From assembly GCA_041697335.1 (NCBI GenBank), contig JBGUGD010000031.1, positions 32,001-96,000 on the forward strand: 64,000 nucleotides of DNA, given 5' to 3'. Of this stretch, positions 19,665 to 28,789 are shown piece after piece. A program made the translations under genes and the position numbers. The notes under the pieces are model-generated. The model was not told the DNA's origin. It saw only the letters and a list, made by a program, of their open reading frames with translations, and searched no databases. The first letter of the stretch is position 1, and each line of letters starts with the position of its first letter. Source of the stretch: Vampirovibrionaceae bacterium NZW_1234 (GTDB taxonomy: Bacteria > Cyanobacteriota > Vampirovibrionia > Vampirovibrionales > JAGQHJ01).

Positions 19665-22600
19665 TTAAGCCCCTTCGACTTCCCCATCGACGGGAAGGCC
19701 ATGTGCTGACAGCGCCGACTTGGGAGCAAGGATGGCTGAAATGGAGGGTTTTGATAAATATTTACGAGCAACCTCCTGCACCTGTTGCGGTGTCACAGAT
19801 TCCAGGGCAGCTGCCAGTTCCAGGTTGGACAGGTGTTTGCCGCTTCGATGTGCAACCAGATGATTGCTCACATCTGCCGATTTCTGGGTGTCTGCCAGAA
19901 TATTGCTCTTCATCAGCAAACGCACCCGCTTCATCTCTTCAGCGCTGGGAAGTGTGGTCATCAATTTATCCACTTCCGCCTGGAAGAGTTGCCGAACCAA
20001 CGTGATGTTATCCGGATCGGTGCCGATGTAAAACTTGAAGGTGCCCCCTTCTTCGTTGGCTTCATGCTTCGTATAGACTTGATAACACAAGCCCTTCTCG
20101 CCTTCCCGAAAGGTCTGGAACAGGCGTGAACTCATCCCGGCATTTAAGATGCCATTCAGCATGGCCATGGGCACTCGGTCCTCGTGGGCTTTGGAAGGGG
20201 CAATCCAGGCGCGCATAATTTCGGCCTGTTTAATGTCTTCCCGACTTTTCGTGACGACTTTACTGGCTGAAATTGTCGCGGGCTGAACCGCTGGAATCAT
20301 CGGAGGCTCATCCTGAAGCGGTGCGAGTATTTTGGCCATCTGAGATTTAACCTGGTCCGCCTTAACCTTGCCCACAACACCAATGGTGATATTCCCTTTG
20401 CGAAACAGCTGCTGAAAGGCGCGTCGCAAATCATCGGTCGTTATCTGATCCTGCAAGGCAATGGCCCGGCCCGTCGTCGCTCCGTAAGGATGCTCTTTGG
20501 GATAAATGGCTTCATGCAAGAGATCGGCAACCACTCGCTGAGGTTTTTTATCGACATCTGACTGATAATCTTGGGCTTCCTGTTTGCGCACAAAATCCAG
20601 GTCGGCTTGTGTAAACGCAGGCCCCGAGAGGAGTTTTCTTAAAACTCGGAACATGACTTGCTGAGGGGCTTTTTCCGAAAGGCCTTCGATGTGGATTTTG
20701 GTCAGATCGGGTGTGGTCACGATATCCATATCAAGCCCTTCTGCTGCCAAAGCATCTTGCACGGCTTCAGCCGGAAAATCCGGTGTTCCCCGTTCAATCA
20801 TCTTGGCCAGCAGATCGGTTTCACCGAGTTTCGAATCGGCTCGATTACCGCCCTTGATACCTAGGGTGATGGCTGTTTTCAGAGACGTTGGCCGTTCCTG
20901 GACAATCAACTCGGCCCCGCCGGGAAGAATAAAAGATTGGTCCGAAGCCCTTAACTGACCGGAAAATCGCAGCTTCCCAGAGAACTTAGGGGCTTCTGGC
21001 TTGGGCGTAGCATTTTTCTTGAGCTTCTTGGCGTTAAGACCGTAATCGGCAGGCACAAGCGACACGGTCCGGCTTGCGCCGTCGGTTAGATACTTTCTGG
21101 CAACCGCCTGAATATCTTGCGAAGTAATGCTGTCAAGATACTTTAGCGAGTTTCCTAAGGACGACTTCAACGATCCTCCCCGTATGGTCGAGGCCAAGGT
21201 ATAAATCACCTCGTCCTGGGTCTCGGAATGATCGGCAAAATCACTCTTCAGCATCATTTTGGCCTTCTTCAGCTCTTTATCGCTCACGCCATGATCGGCA
21301 ATCTGAGCAAATGCATCCCGAATCTGGGCCTTGATTGTTTCCAGGTGCTCCGGCTGACAGGAGGACACCAGGTAGAACAAAGAACGTTCCTTCATTTCGT
21401 ATAAACCCAGATTGATGGCATTGGCTATCTGCTGTTTTTCTACCAGAGACTGATAAAGCCGGGAACTTTCGTCCCCTCCCAGAATGTTGGCCAGCAAATC
21501 CAGGGCAAGCAATGTTTTGCGGCTCGATGCCCCACCCGCGCCTGGAACCTGGAATCCCTGGGCCAGTGTGGCCATTTTTACCTGATCCCGCACCAGGCGG
21601 TTTGGCTGAATGCCTTGGGTCGACAAGGGCTTGGTGTAGGCCCTGGGTCTTTGTGAAGCCAGATTTGCCGGGTAGGTGCGGCCATGATCCTTGGGCGGGA
21701 AAGGTTTGTTATACTCCTCTGCCACAGTATGGAGAACTTCATTCATATCGAAGTCCCCAACCACAATGACGGCGCGATTTTGTGGGGCGTAGTGTTTGGC
21801 ATAATAGGCCAGAATTTCTTCCCGTGACAAATCACGAACCTTGAACCGGGTCCGCAACTCGGTTTCCGTCAGGGGTGTACCTAGGGGATTAAAGGGTGGG
21901 GCGCTCAGCAAATCCCGTGGCGTTAGCCCTCGTTGCTTCAGAAGCGCCTTCAGTTTTTTCGCCTTTTTGGTTTCATCCTCTGTAAACGGCTCACCCGAAA
22001 CACTGTGTGTTGGCAAACGCTCCGAGGACACTGCCAGGGCTTCCAAAACCTTACGCCAGGTTTGATGCTCCTTGGAGGCTGACTCCAGTGCAAAATTGGC
22101 ACTGGCTTTGGGGCCTGATGCCGGATCCAGGATCACCCGCAAATCATCGCCAATGTTTTTGGACGGCCCCAAAATGGGTCGACGGTAGGGATGATTGGCA
22201 AATACGCTTTCAAACAGGCGGTTGAACATCTGACTGTTTTTGCTGTTCTTGGAACGCTTAATTTCTTCCACAACGGTAAAGCGCTCTTTTAGAAGCTCTT
22301 CCGGAGGCAGCAACATATTCTGCACCTTCTCGGCTTCAATTCTGATGGCCTCGTTTAAGCCTTCCTTCGGCGTGTTGTAAATGTAATAAAACGTCCCATC
22401 GAAGCCCGTCCAAGCATTGACGCCAGCGCCCAAGTCCTCCAGCAACCGATCCGATTCTCCGGGCTTGAGGTTTGGCGTGCCTTTAAAAATCAGATGTTCC
22501 AGAAAGTGCGAGACGCCGTTGTTTTTTCGGGTCTCGTTGGCCGCGCCGGTTTTAATTAAAACACCGTAGGAAACCAAAGGAACGTCTTTCCGTTGGATGC

Positions 22601-22877
22601 CGTAAAATTCCATGCCATTGGAAAACCGGCGACGCTCAATCTTGCCGAATACCGGATCTTCAATGGGAGGCAACGTTTTCCAGGTTAATTTTGGATCCTG
22701 GCCAAACCGGACTGTGGCAGACAATGCCGTTGAATGCAAGTCCGACCATGGGGAGAAAGCTGTTGCAGAACCCGAAGCGGAAGATGGCTTATGGCCCCCG
22801 TCCGACTTTGGCAACCTTGATTTTAAACGAGTGTTACTTTTTCCAGCCTGAACACCTGAAACAAACATATCAGTCAT
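19665..22877 (-). CDS. M16 family zinc peptidase (insulinase/pitrilysin/MPP-like, two fused halves) with VRFG leader
   Basis: GVSHFLEHLIFKGT (HXXEH), NAWT, ERFTVVEE, HPYRRPILG, SSRLFQTFRE. Start placed at MTDMFV because a promoter-like motif overlaps the longer start call (22931). Confidence 0.92.
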   Translation of the reverse strand: MTDMFVSGVQAGKSNTRLKSRLPKSDGGHKPSSASGSATAFSPWSDLHSTALSATVRFGQDPKLTWKTLPPIEDPVFGKIERRRFSNGMEFYGIQRKDVPLVSYGVLIKTGAANETRKNNGVSHFLEHLIFKGTPNLKPGESDRLLEDLGAGVNAWTGFDGTFYYIYNTPKEGLNEAIRIEAEKVQNMLLPPEELLKERFTVVEEIKRSKNSKNSQMFNRLFESVFANHPYRRPILGPSKNIGDDLRVILDPASGPKASANFALESASKEHQTWRKVLEALAVSSERLPTHSVSGEPFTEDETKKAKKLKALLKQRGLTPRDLLSAPPFNPLGTPLTETELRTRFKVRDLSREEILAYYAKHYAPQNRAVIVVGDFDMNEVLHTVAEEYNKPFPPKDHGRTYPANLASQRPRAYTKPLSTQGIQPNRLVRDQVKMATLAQGFQVPGAGGASSRKTLLALDLLANILGGDESSRLYQSLVEKQQIANAINLGLYEMKERSLFYLVSSCQPEHLETIKAQIRDAFAQIADHGVSDKELKKAKMMLKSDFADHSETQDEVIYTLASTIRGGSLKSSLGNSLKYLDSITSQDIQAVARKYLTDGASRTVSLVPADYGLNAKKLKKNATPKPEAPKFSGKLRFSGQLRASDQSFILPGGAELIVQERPTSLKTAITLGIKGGNRADSKLGETDLLAKMIERGTPDFPAEAVQDALAAEGLDMDIVTTPDLTKIHIEGLSEKAPQQVMFRVLRKLLSGPAFTQADLDFVRKQEAQDYQSDVDKKPQRVVADLLHEAIYPKEHPYGATTGRAIALQDQITTDDLRRAFQQLFRKGNITIGVVGKVKADQVKSQMAKILAPLQDEPPMIPAVQPATISASKVVTKSREDIKQAEIMRAWIAPSKAHEDRVPMAMLNGILNAGMSSRLFQTFREGEKGLCYQVYTKHEANEEGGTFKFYIGTDPDNITLVRQLFQAEVDKLMTTLPSAEEMKRVRLLMKSNILADTQKSADVSNHLVAHRSGKHLSNLELAAALESVTPQQVQEVARKYLSKPSISAILAPKSALSAHGLPVDGEVEGA

Positions 22878-23037
22878 CACACTACGATCCCAACTTAACG
22901 AATCACCAAATCGTATTTCAAATACAAACACAGAGTAAATGTTTAGTGCACTAAACCTGATACAGTTTGTAACACAGTGATCCTGGTATTCGGAGTTAAT
23001 CCTCTCTATGGGCTTCTTTCTCAGTCATGACACAGCA

Positions 23038-23067
23038 CAAAAAAAGGGAGGCCCCAAGAGAACCTCC
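23038..23067 (-). terminator. Minus-strand intrinsic terminator with no annotated gene directly upstream
   Basis: Minus strand GGAGGTTCT-CTT-GGGGCCTCC followed by CTTTTTTT. Confidence 0.6.
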
Positions 23068-23744
23068 GCGATCATGGCGAATATAGGTCGTTGTCATGGT
23101 AAAACTGTTCGCCGAGATCCCAGGACTCAGCGAAAGAAACGTTAAAACAACACGCATGAACAGTGGCGTGTGTCATTGCAAATTTATAAAGTCAATTTTT
23201 ACCCGAGCCCGTAGAGGTGCCGAAACTGTAATTTGCGACACACGAAGCTACCACTCGAATTGCTTATTCGTGCCGTCTGCTACCTGGCATTGAAATACCC
23301 ATGCGCACGTTCACAACGGACTCTATCCATTCTTTGCCTCCAATGTGTCTATTAGCCCAGTCCTATGACCGTTTTAAATAACGAGATACATATATAAAAA
23401 AACAATTTGATTCTTTTTTGCTAGATCTAATGATTTCTTAAAGATCTCGGATATTGACTCGCAGAGACTCCGTCATGGATGCCCATTCACATGTTATCCC
23501 TTAGTTCCAAGATTCATGCGGGTGTTCATCCGGATGATCTTTTTTATTTTCACACGAAGACCCGTCATCGTTGCAGTCCTGCTGCTTTGTTGAGACTGTC
23601 CTAAACAAGCGAAAAGCAGGTCGGCGCAGAACTACACGCACCGACTCACAACCTGCGTAATCGATAAAAAGGGCCTGAGTCCCGCTTTTCAGCGAAACTC
23701 AGGCTAGACGTTTGTTCAATTTGGGTAGTTTACTTTTAAATGCG

Positions 23745-23999
23745 CTATTCTCTGTTGCGTCCACCACGGCTGGATTCGCCCCCCTTGCGGCCAATTTCAG
23801 ACATATGCTCTCGATCCTGACTGACCTTTTCGCCGCCTTTACGACCGGCTTCACGGGCTTCTTCCGAGGTGAATTCGTGAGCGGTCCCTCTTTCATGAGC
23901 AGCTTTGCCGCCTTTGCTGGCGATTTCACGTTGCTTTTCTTCGTCCATGGACGCAAACCCGCGATTGCTAGTGCCGCCTTCTTTCCCTGTATTCGCCAT
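23745..23999 (-). CDS. KGG-repeat general stress protein (GsiB/YciG-like)
   Basis: RGFASMDEEKQREIASKGGK...EAREAGRKGGE...DREHMSEIGRKGG; AAGGAG SD. Confidence 0.92.
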   Translation of the reverse strand: MANTGKEGGTSNRGFASMDEEKQREIASKGGKAAHERGTAHEFTSEEAREAGRKGGEKVSQDREHMSEIGRKGGESSRGGRNRE

Positions 24000-24573
24000 A
24001 ACCTTCTCTCCTTCTCATTCATCTTGTCTTTGTATTCAGTTCGACAGTGATTTTTTAATAAACGCAATCTCGTCCTTCCCACATTTGCCACATTCAGGTA
24101 TAGCAATACGTCAAGATAAACGCTATTTCAGGTAGCTGAGTCGTTTTCGTGTTCTCAACCATAGCATCCCTATCACAACGATACTCAATGGTAATTGATT
24201 CCCATAGGTATTCTATTAGGCAAGTGGTTAGAGATATTAAGCTCAAACCTACGCCCAGCTTCTATTACAGCCTCCACCTCCAAATTATCGATGAAGACTG
24301 TCACTCCATACCAGAGTTATGAGGATGGTCAGGACCTGCCCTATACGATGGGTCCTGACCAATTAAAAAAGACATCGATTAATTTTCATAATCAGACTGA
24401 ACATCCGAGTTTTTTTCACCCGTTCTGCCCCAATCAACATTCTGATGACTCCATCCAAAGCCGAGCTATTGGACAAGAAGCCGACGACTATGGCACCCCA
24501 AGACAACTCCACCTTCTATTCTCGCTATTCTCGGGCGGAGAAAGCAATAAAACATCTGGGATGACAAAATAAA

Positions 24574-24649
24574 TGGTGGGCAGTACAGGATTTGAACCTG
24601 TGACCCCCACAATGTCAATGTGGTGCGCTACCAACTGCGCCAACTGCCC
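24574..24649 (-). tRNA. trnV: tRNA-Val (GAC)
   Basis: GGGCAGTTGGCGCAGTTGGTAGCGCACCACATT-GAC-ATTGTGGGGGTCACAGGTTCAAATCCTGTACTGCCCACCA; cloverleaf, T-loop GTTCAAAT, encoded CCA. Confidence 0.97.
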
Positions 24650-24704
24650 ACGGAAAAGCTATGAAATTGTCTTGATTTCGAATCTCAACTGAGAAACGAA
24701 TTGT

Positions 24705-24734
24705 ATTCTAGCGGAAAGGTATTCGCCTTGACAA
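24705..24734 (-). promoter_or_regulatory. Sigma70-like promoter of tRNA-Val
   Basis: Minus strand TTGTCA-18 nt-TAGAAT. Confidence 0.55.
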
Positions 24735-24864
24735 GGCCAAGCGTATTCCCAAGTCTTGACAAGCGTACAGAGCTTTTCGCCACATTCACCTCAGTTATAA
24801 TCATCCTTTACAGCGATCTGAAACAGATTTTGCCAGCCCCATAGATTTCACGTACAATAGGACT

Positions 24865-25521
24865 ATGTACACGTATCTCAACGGGATTCTGGCACACAAA
24901 GGCGAGCTCCCTACCGGCGGGGCCTATTTTGTGGTGGACGTCAACGGGGTGGGCTATCAAGTTCACACCAGCAATATGTCCTTGATTCATGCCCCCCAGA
25001 CCAATGCCCCCATCAAGGTCTTCACATCATTAATCGTGCGAGAAGACCTGATGCAACTCGTCGGCTTCCTGAGCCGGGAAGAACGGGATATGTTCGAGAT
25101 TTTGGGCACCGCTTCAGGAGTGGGTGCCAAAGTGGCTTTGGCCTTGATGTCATCCTTAACGGTTCCCGAGTTGGCCTCGGCCATTATGGGTGGCGACTTC
25201 AAGCGTTTGACGGCAGCCAAAGGCGTTGGTCCCAAGCTGGCCCAGAAAATTACCATTGAGCTGAAAGACAAGCTGTCTAAGTGGCGTGATGAACGCCTGA
25301 TGGACTCTCCCATCTCGTCTGGTTCAGAGCCTCTGGCGGCAAACGAAGCCTTCCAGGAAGCGGAAACGGTTCTCCTGTCTCTGGGCTACGATGTAAACGA
25401 GGTCTATCACAGCCTGAAACACATCCAGAGCACCTCGGAGAACGCCACCCGGCTCACCTCGGAAGAAGTGTTACAACACGCCCTCAAGTGGCTGGCGACC
25501 CATCCGACCCCATCGGCTTAG
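24865..25521 (+). CDS. ruvA: Holliday junction branch migration protein RuvA
   Basis: MYTYLNG, VDVNGVGYQV, VRED, SGVGAKVA, KGVGPKLAQKITIELKDK, LLSLGY. Confidence 0.97.
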   Translation: MYTYLNGILAHKGELPTGGAYFVVDVNGVGYQVHTSNMSLIHAPQTNAPIKVFTSLIVREDLMQLVGFLSREERDMFEILGTASGVGAKVALALMSSLTVPELASAIMGGDFKRLTAAKGVGPKLAQKITIELKDKLSKWRDERLMDSPISSGSEPLAANEAFQEAETVLLSLGYDVNEVYHSLKHIQSTSENATRLTSEEVLQHALKWLATHPTPSA

Positions 25522-25524
25522 CAA

Positions 25525-26505
25525 CTACCAGCCCACAGACAGGTTAGCCTCTTGGCCCATTGCATCATGTGCCTTAAGTTGCGTCAGACTGGGTTGTACC
25601 GTTCCCCCCCATTCAAACACGGTAAACCCCTGGCGTTGAACCGGCATGAGGGTTTGGGGCGCTAAGCCCTCCAAATCCTCTGGCGATGGGTTTGGAACCG
25701 CAATCAGCAGCACCCGCTGCAGCGTGTCTGGTGTGGGTGTTACGGTCATGGGCAGCAAGGCCTGAACGGCCTCATTCTGCAGGTAGCTCAGCTTATAGCT
25801 GGCGACAGAGGCATCCCGGGTCAAATCAGTGAGCCAGAAATCCATAAACTCAAATTTCTCGCCCTGGAGAAGCCCCAGGGTATCCAGGGTTTCTTCAAAA
25901 AAGTCCGACAGGTCCTCGACATCCACCAGCCAGCCTTCGACCATACGGGGGGTTTCATTCAGCGGGTGATAACCGTCCCAATATAAATACGGGTATTCCC
26001 CGGTTTCCTGAATTTCCCGCAAATAGAAAAAGCCATGTTGATTGGGATCATACTGTTTCAAATCGGTCAACTCAGGTTGCAAGTCTTTTAACGACCCATC
26101 GGGATGGGCCAGGACCCGCCATCCATGGTGGGGATGATAGCGAGGAATATCGATCTCAAGCTTAATCATCGGATCCAGGGTCACCTGCACTTCCATGTCC
26201 TCAGGGGGATACAGATAGACGGCAGGTTTTTTCACAAAGCCACTGCCCGGAACCGAATCCGGCAGATTCTGGGCTCCGGGAATAGGAACCGCGCAAAAAT
26301 GGGGCCCATCTTCCCGCCGACCGAAGAAGAGGTTCATCACGCGTTCGATGGCGGTTGAAAGCGAGTTGTTCAAGCCCGGACGATAATTGCTCCATCCCAG
26401 CCGAAATGCAGGACGACGATTTTCTGTACTGACATTACTATTGCTAGACGTGGTTGCCTCTGCTGGCCGGTTTTCTGGAACTTTCATCACGCACACCCTC
26501 GACAC
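25525..26505 (-). CDS. Conserved uncharacterised protein (KP-x-x-YLYP ... EWGG type domain)
   Basis: KKPAVYLYP, W.V.AHPDG, YPYLYWDG, EFMDFW, PTPDTLQRV, RQGFTVFEWGG. Confidence 0.75.
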   Translation of the reverse strand: MSRVCVMKVPENRPAEATTSSNSNVSTENRRPAFRLGWSNYRPGLNNSLSTAIERVMNLFFGRREDGPHFCAVPIPGAQNLPDSVPGSGFVKKPAVYLYPPEDMEVQVTLDPMIKLEIDIPRYHPHHGWRVLAHPDGSLKDLQPELTDLKQYDPNQHGFFYLREIQETGEYPYLYWDGYHPLNETPRMVEGWLVDVEDLSDFFEETLDTLGLLQGEKFEFMDFWLTDLTRDASVASYKLSYLQNEAVQALLPMTVTPTPDTLQRVLLIAVPNPSPEDLEGLAPQTLMPVQRQGFTVFEWGGTVQPSLTQLKAHDAMGQEANLSVGW

Positions 26506-26643
26506 TCTCGAACTTTAAAAATGGATGTTATTACCCCTTCGACCCACTTCGCAAAAAACTTAAGTAATTCGGATCAATGCGCACAGAACAACTTTATGCC
26601 GATTAACATCACCTCTCCGAATTGATTACAGTCACGCCAAAAG

Positions 26644-26672
26644 TCAGGCCCCGCCATATTCGTGGGGCCTGA
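26644..26672 (-). terminator. Probable terminator after the diguanylate cyclase
   Basis: TCAGGCCCC...GGGGCCTGA stem, followed on the minus strand by CTTTT. Confidence 0.6.
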
Positions 26673-26706
26673 AGTCACTTCTGAAATACTCAGTATCAAA
26701 GCCGAA

Positions 26707-28659
26707 TTACTCGGCCGAATCCTCACTTCTGGAGGATTTGGGCGGTGCATAAAGCTGTTGCACCAGATCCGGGGTGATGTCATAGACACTTTTCTTTTGG
26801 CCCTTAAAATAAGCCCGAACCTGATTACGCCCATTTTCCTTACAGGCATACAAGGCATCATCGGCCAACTCAAACAGTTCTTTCATTTCGGCAGAATCCA
26901 TCCCGGCCATGGCAAACCCAACAGAAACAGTCACCTGGAGTTGCTGATCGTCATAATGCAAAACGCTATCCTGAATTTTCTGCCGAATCCCTTCCAGAAA
27001 GCATCCTGCCGTCATCGGGTCGGTATCGGGCATCAGGATACAAAATTCTTCACCGCCATAGCGAAACACCATATCATCATGCTCGGCCCGAAGGGAACCG
27101 GTCAAAAGCTGACTGACGTGCTTCAGCACCGCGTCGCCCACGACATGGCCGTTGGTATCGTTGAACTTTTTAAAATGGTCAATATCAAATATAGCCAGCG
27201 CCAGAGGCGTTTTATTGGCCAGGGCTTCACTGAAGCGCTCGGCAAATATCTGTTCAAAGTAGCGGGTATTATAAAGCCCGGTCATCCGGTCGGTAATGGA
27301 CGCACTGTAGAGACGGGTTTTATGCAGGTTCACCGCCGCCTGATCGGCCAGCCCCAACAGCAGTGCAATATCTTCTTCACTAAAGCGGCCCAGGGGGTCC
27401 AGGACTTTATCGCCGTCTTCCGTCACCAGGATCTTATTCGTCATATTAATGACGCCTTCCAGCTCGTTGCCGTAAATAATGGGGACAGAAGCAATACAAT
27501 ACACTTCGTGCTGGCTGACCTGGGGAATGTGATTGCGATCATTCACCCGGATGGGTTTTCGGGTCAGACCACACTGCCCGGCGATTCCCTCACCAATGGC
27601 ATAGGCCTTGGTCTCTTTCAGGCCGTTGTTAATATCATCCCGTTCAAACGAGGGAATATCGCCCCAAACCACTTTAATTTCCAGCTTCTGAGTCTGCTTG
27701 TTCAAGATCATCAGGTTGCCTTTTTGCGCATTCAACGCCTCAACCGCCGTGGACAGGGTCTTGATGCACAGGCGTTTGAAATCGTTGACGTTGGCAATTT
27801 GCTGGTTGATGTTGTACAGGGTCTGAATATTATTCAGGATGCGAATGTTCTTCTCGTATTTCAGCGTCGAATCAATGTTGGTGGTGGCAATGGAGGCCAG
27901 CTCCTGCAAGAAGGAAAATTCCGACTGCGGAATCTGGCTGCCGTCCTGACGCTCGCCCAGGGTCAAAATTCCCAGAACATCGCCACTTTTGATCAACGGA
28001 CACCAGATGTCCGAGCCCAACACACCCAGATTCCACTGCTGCCAGGCCGACTCGAAACGCGGGTGCTTTTGCATGTCCTGGACGCTAAACACGTGGCCTT
28101 GCTTGATGATTTGCCATAACAGCCCCTCATCCTTGGGGAACTTGAACATGTATAATGACTCATCCCATTGCTCTTCGCGATAGGTATCCGGCAGGCCATA
28201 GTAAGCTTTCACCCGATAATACTCGCGGCTGGAATCGAGATCATCTTTTAAAAGCACCGTGGAGTTGATGGCGCCGTATTTCTCCCGAACCACGGCCATA
28301 AAGGAATCCAGAAGCTGCTTCAAATTCAGGATATTGCTAAACCCTTTGCCCGATTGAAGCAGGGCCCGCATTTCAAATATCTGGATATCCTGCTGAATGG
28401 CCTTGGTCTTGTAATAGTCCAATTCCGACTTGACCTGCACCAGGTTTTTATCCTCTTCACCCGAACCTGGTGGAACCGGAATCGTTGCGTGTTCCGGCAC
28501 GGCATAAAACCGATTGTCTTCCAAAGCAGTATCATAAATAGGCATGCGTCTTGACGTACCCCCTTGATCGTCCATGTTCAGAATCACACCACGATTAATG
28601 GCGTCCCAGTCTTGGGTATCGGACCCGGTAAGATTGCGTTCTTGCTTTCGCTGCGACAT
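26707..28659 (-). CDS. GAF-GAF-GGDEF diguanylate cyclase
   Basis: Two GAF-like segments, TDRMTGLYN, FDIDHFKKFNDTNGHVVGD, RYGGEEF. Confidence 0.93.
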   Translation of the reverse strand: MSQRKQERNLTGSDTQDWDAINRGVILNMDDQGGTSRRMPIYDTALEDNRFYAVPEHATIPVPPGSGEEDKNLVQVKSELDYYKTKAIQQDIQIFEMRALLQSGKGFSNILNLKQLLDSFMAVVREKYGAINSTVLLKDDLDSSREYYRVKAYYGLPDTYREEQWDESLYMFKFPKDEGLLWQIIKQGHVFSVQDMQKHPRFESAWQQWNLGVLGSDIWCPLIKSGDVLGILTLGERQDGSQIPQSEFSFLQELASIATTNIDSTLKYEKNIRILNNIQTLYNINQQIANVNDFKRLCIKTLSTAVEALNAQKGNLMILNKQTQKLEIKVVWGDIPSFERDDINNGLKETKAYAIGEGIAGQCGLTRKPIRVNDRNHIPQVSQHEVYCIASVPIIYGNELEGVINMTNKILVTEDGDKVLDPLGRFSEEDIALLLGLADQAAVNLHKTRLYSASITDRMTGLYNTRYFEQIFAERFSEALANKTPLALAIFDIDHFKKFNDTNGHVVGDAVLKHVSQLLTGSLRAEHDDMVFRYGGEEFCILMPDTDPMTAGCFLEGIRQKIQDSVLHYDDQQLQVTVSVGFAMAGMDSAEMKELFELADDALYACKENGRNQVRAYFKGQKKSVYDITPDLVQQLYAPPKSSRSEDSAE

Positions 28660-28789
28660 TGTCCCGGCTCAGCTGTCTTACACAGACGGTATCGGAACAC
28701 GAACGGGATTCTTGAGCCCCCTTCACAAAACTGTACGATTGACCGGGATTCAGGCGAGTGCGTGACCCAGGATAGCCACTCAGCGTATA

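Noticed and set aside
22878..22931. IRFGD in the first residues of the longest M16 ORF call
   Set aside because: It overlaps the promoter-like motif shared with ftsH and is probably untranslated; not counted as an RFG instance.
23699..24106. 135-aa and 112-aa ORFs overlapping the KGG gene
   Set aside because: The 84-aa frame has the family motif and an SD; the others are shadows.
24000..24649. Genomic island integrated at tRNA-Val
   Set aside because: No integrase and no duplicated tRNA 3' end; the partial match GTGGGCAGTAC near 32565 lies inside a coding region.
26662..28119. 485-aa plus-strand ORF and other long shadow ORFs (13678-14298, 28940-29698, 41845-42690, 57773-58522, 59514-60350)
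   Set aside because: They are antisense to genes with clear family motifs and have no recognisable features of their own.
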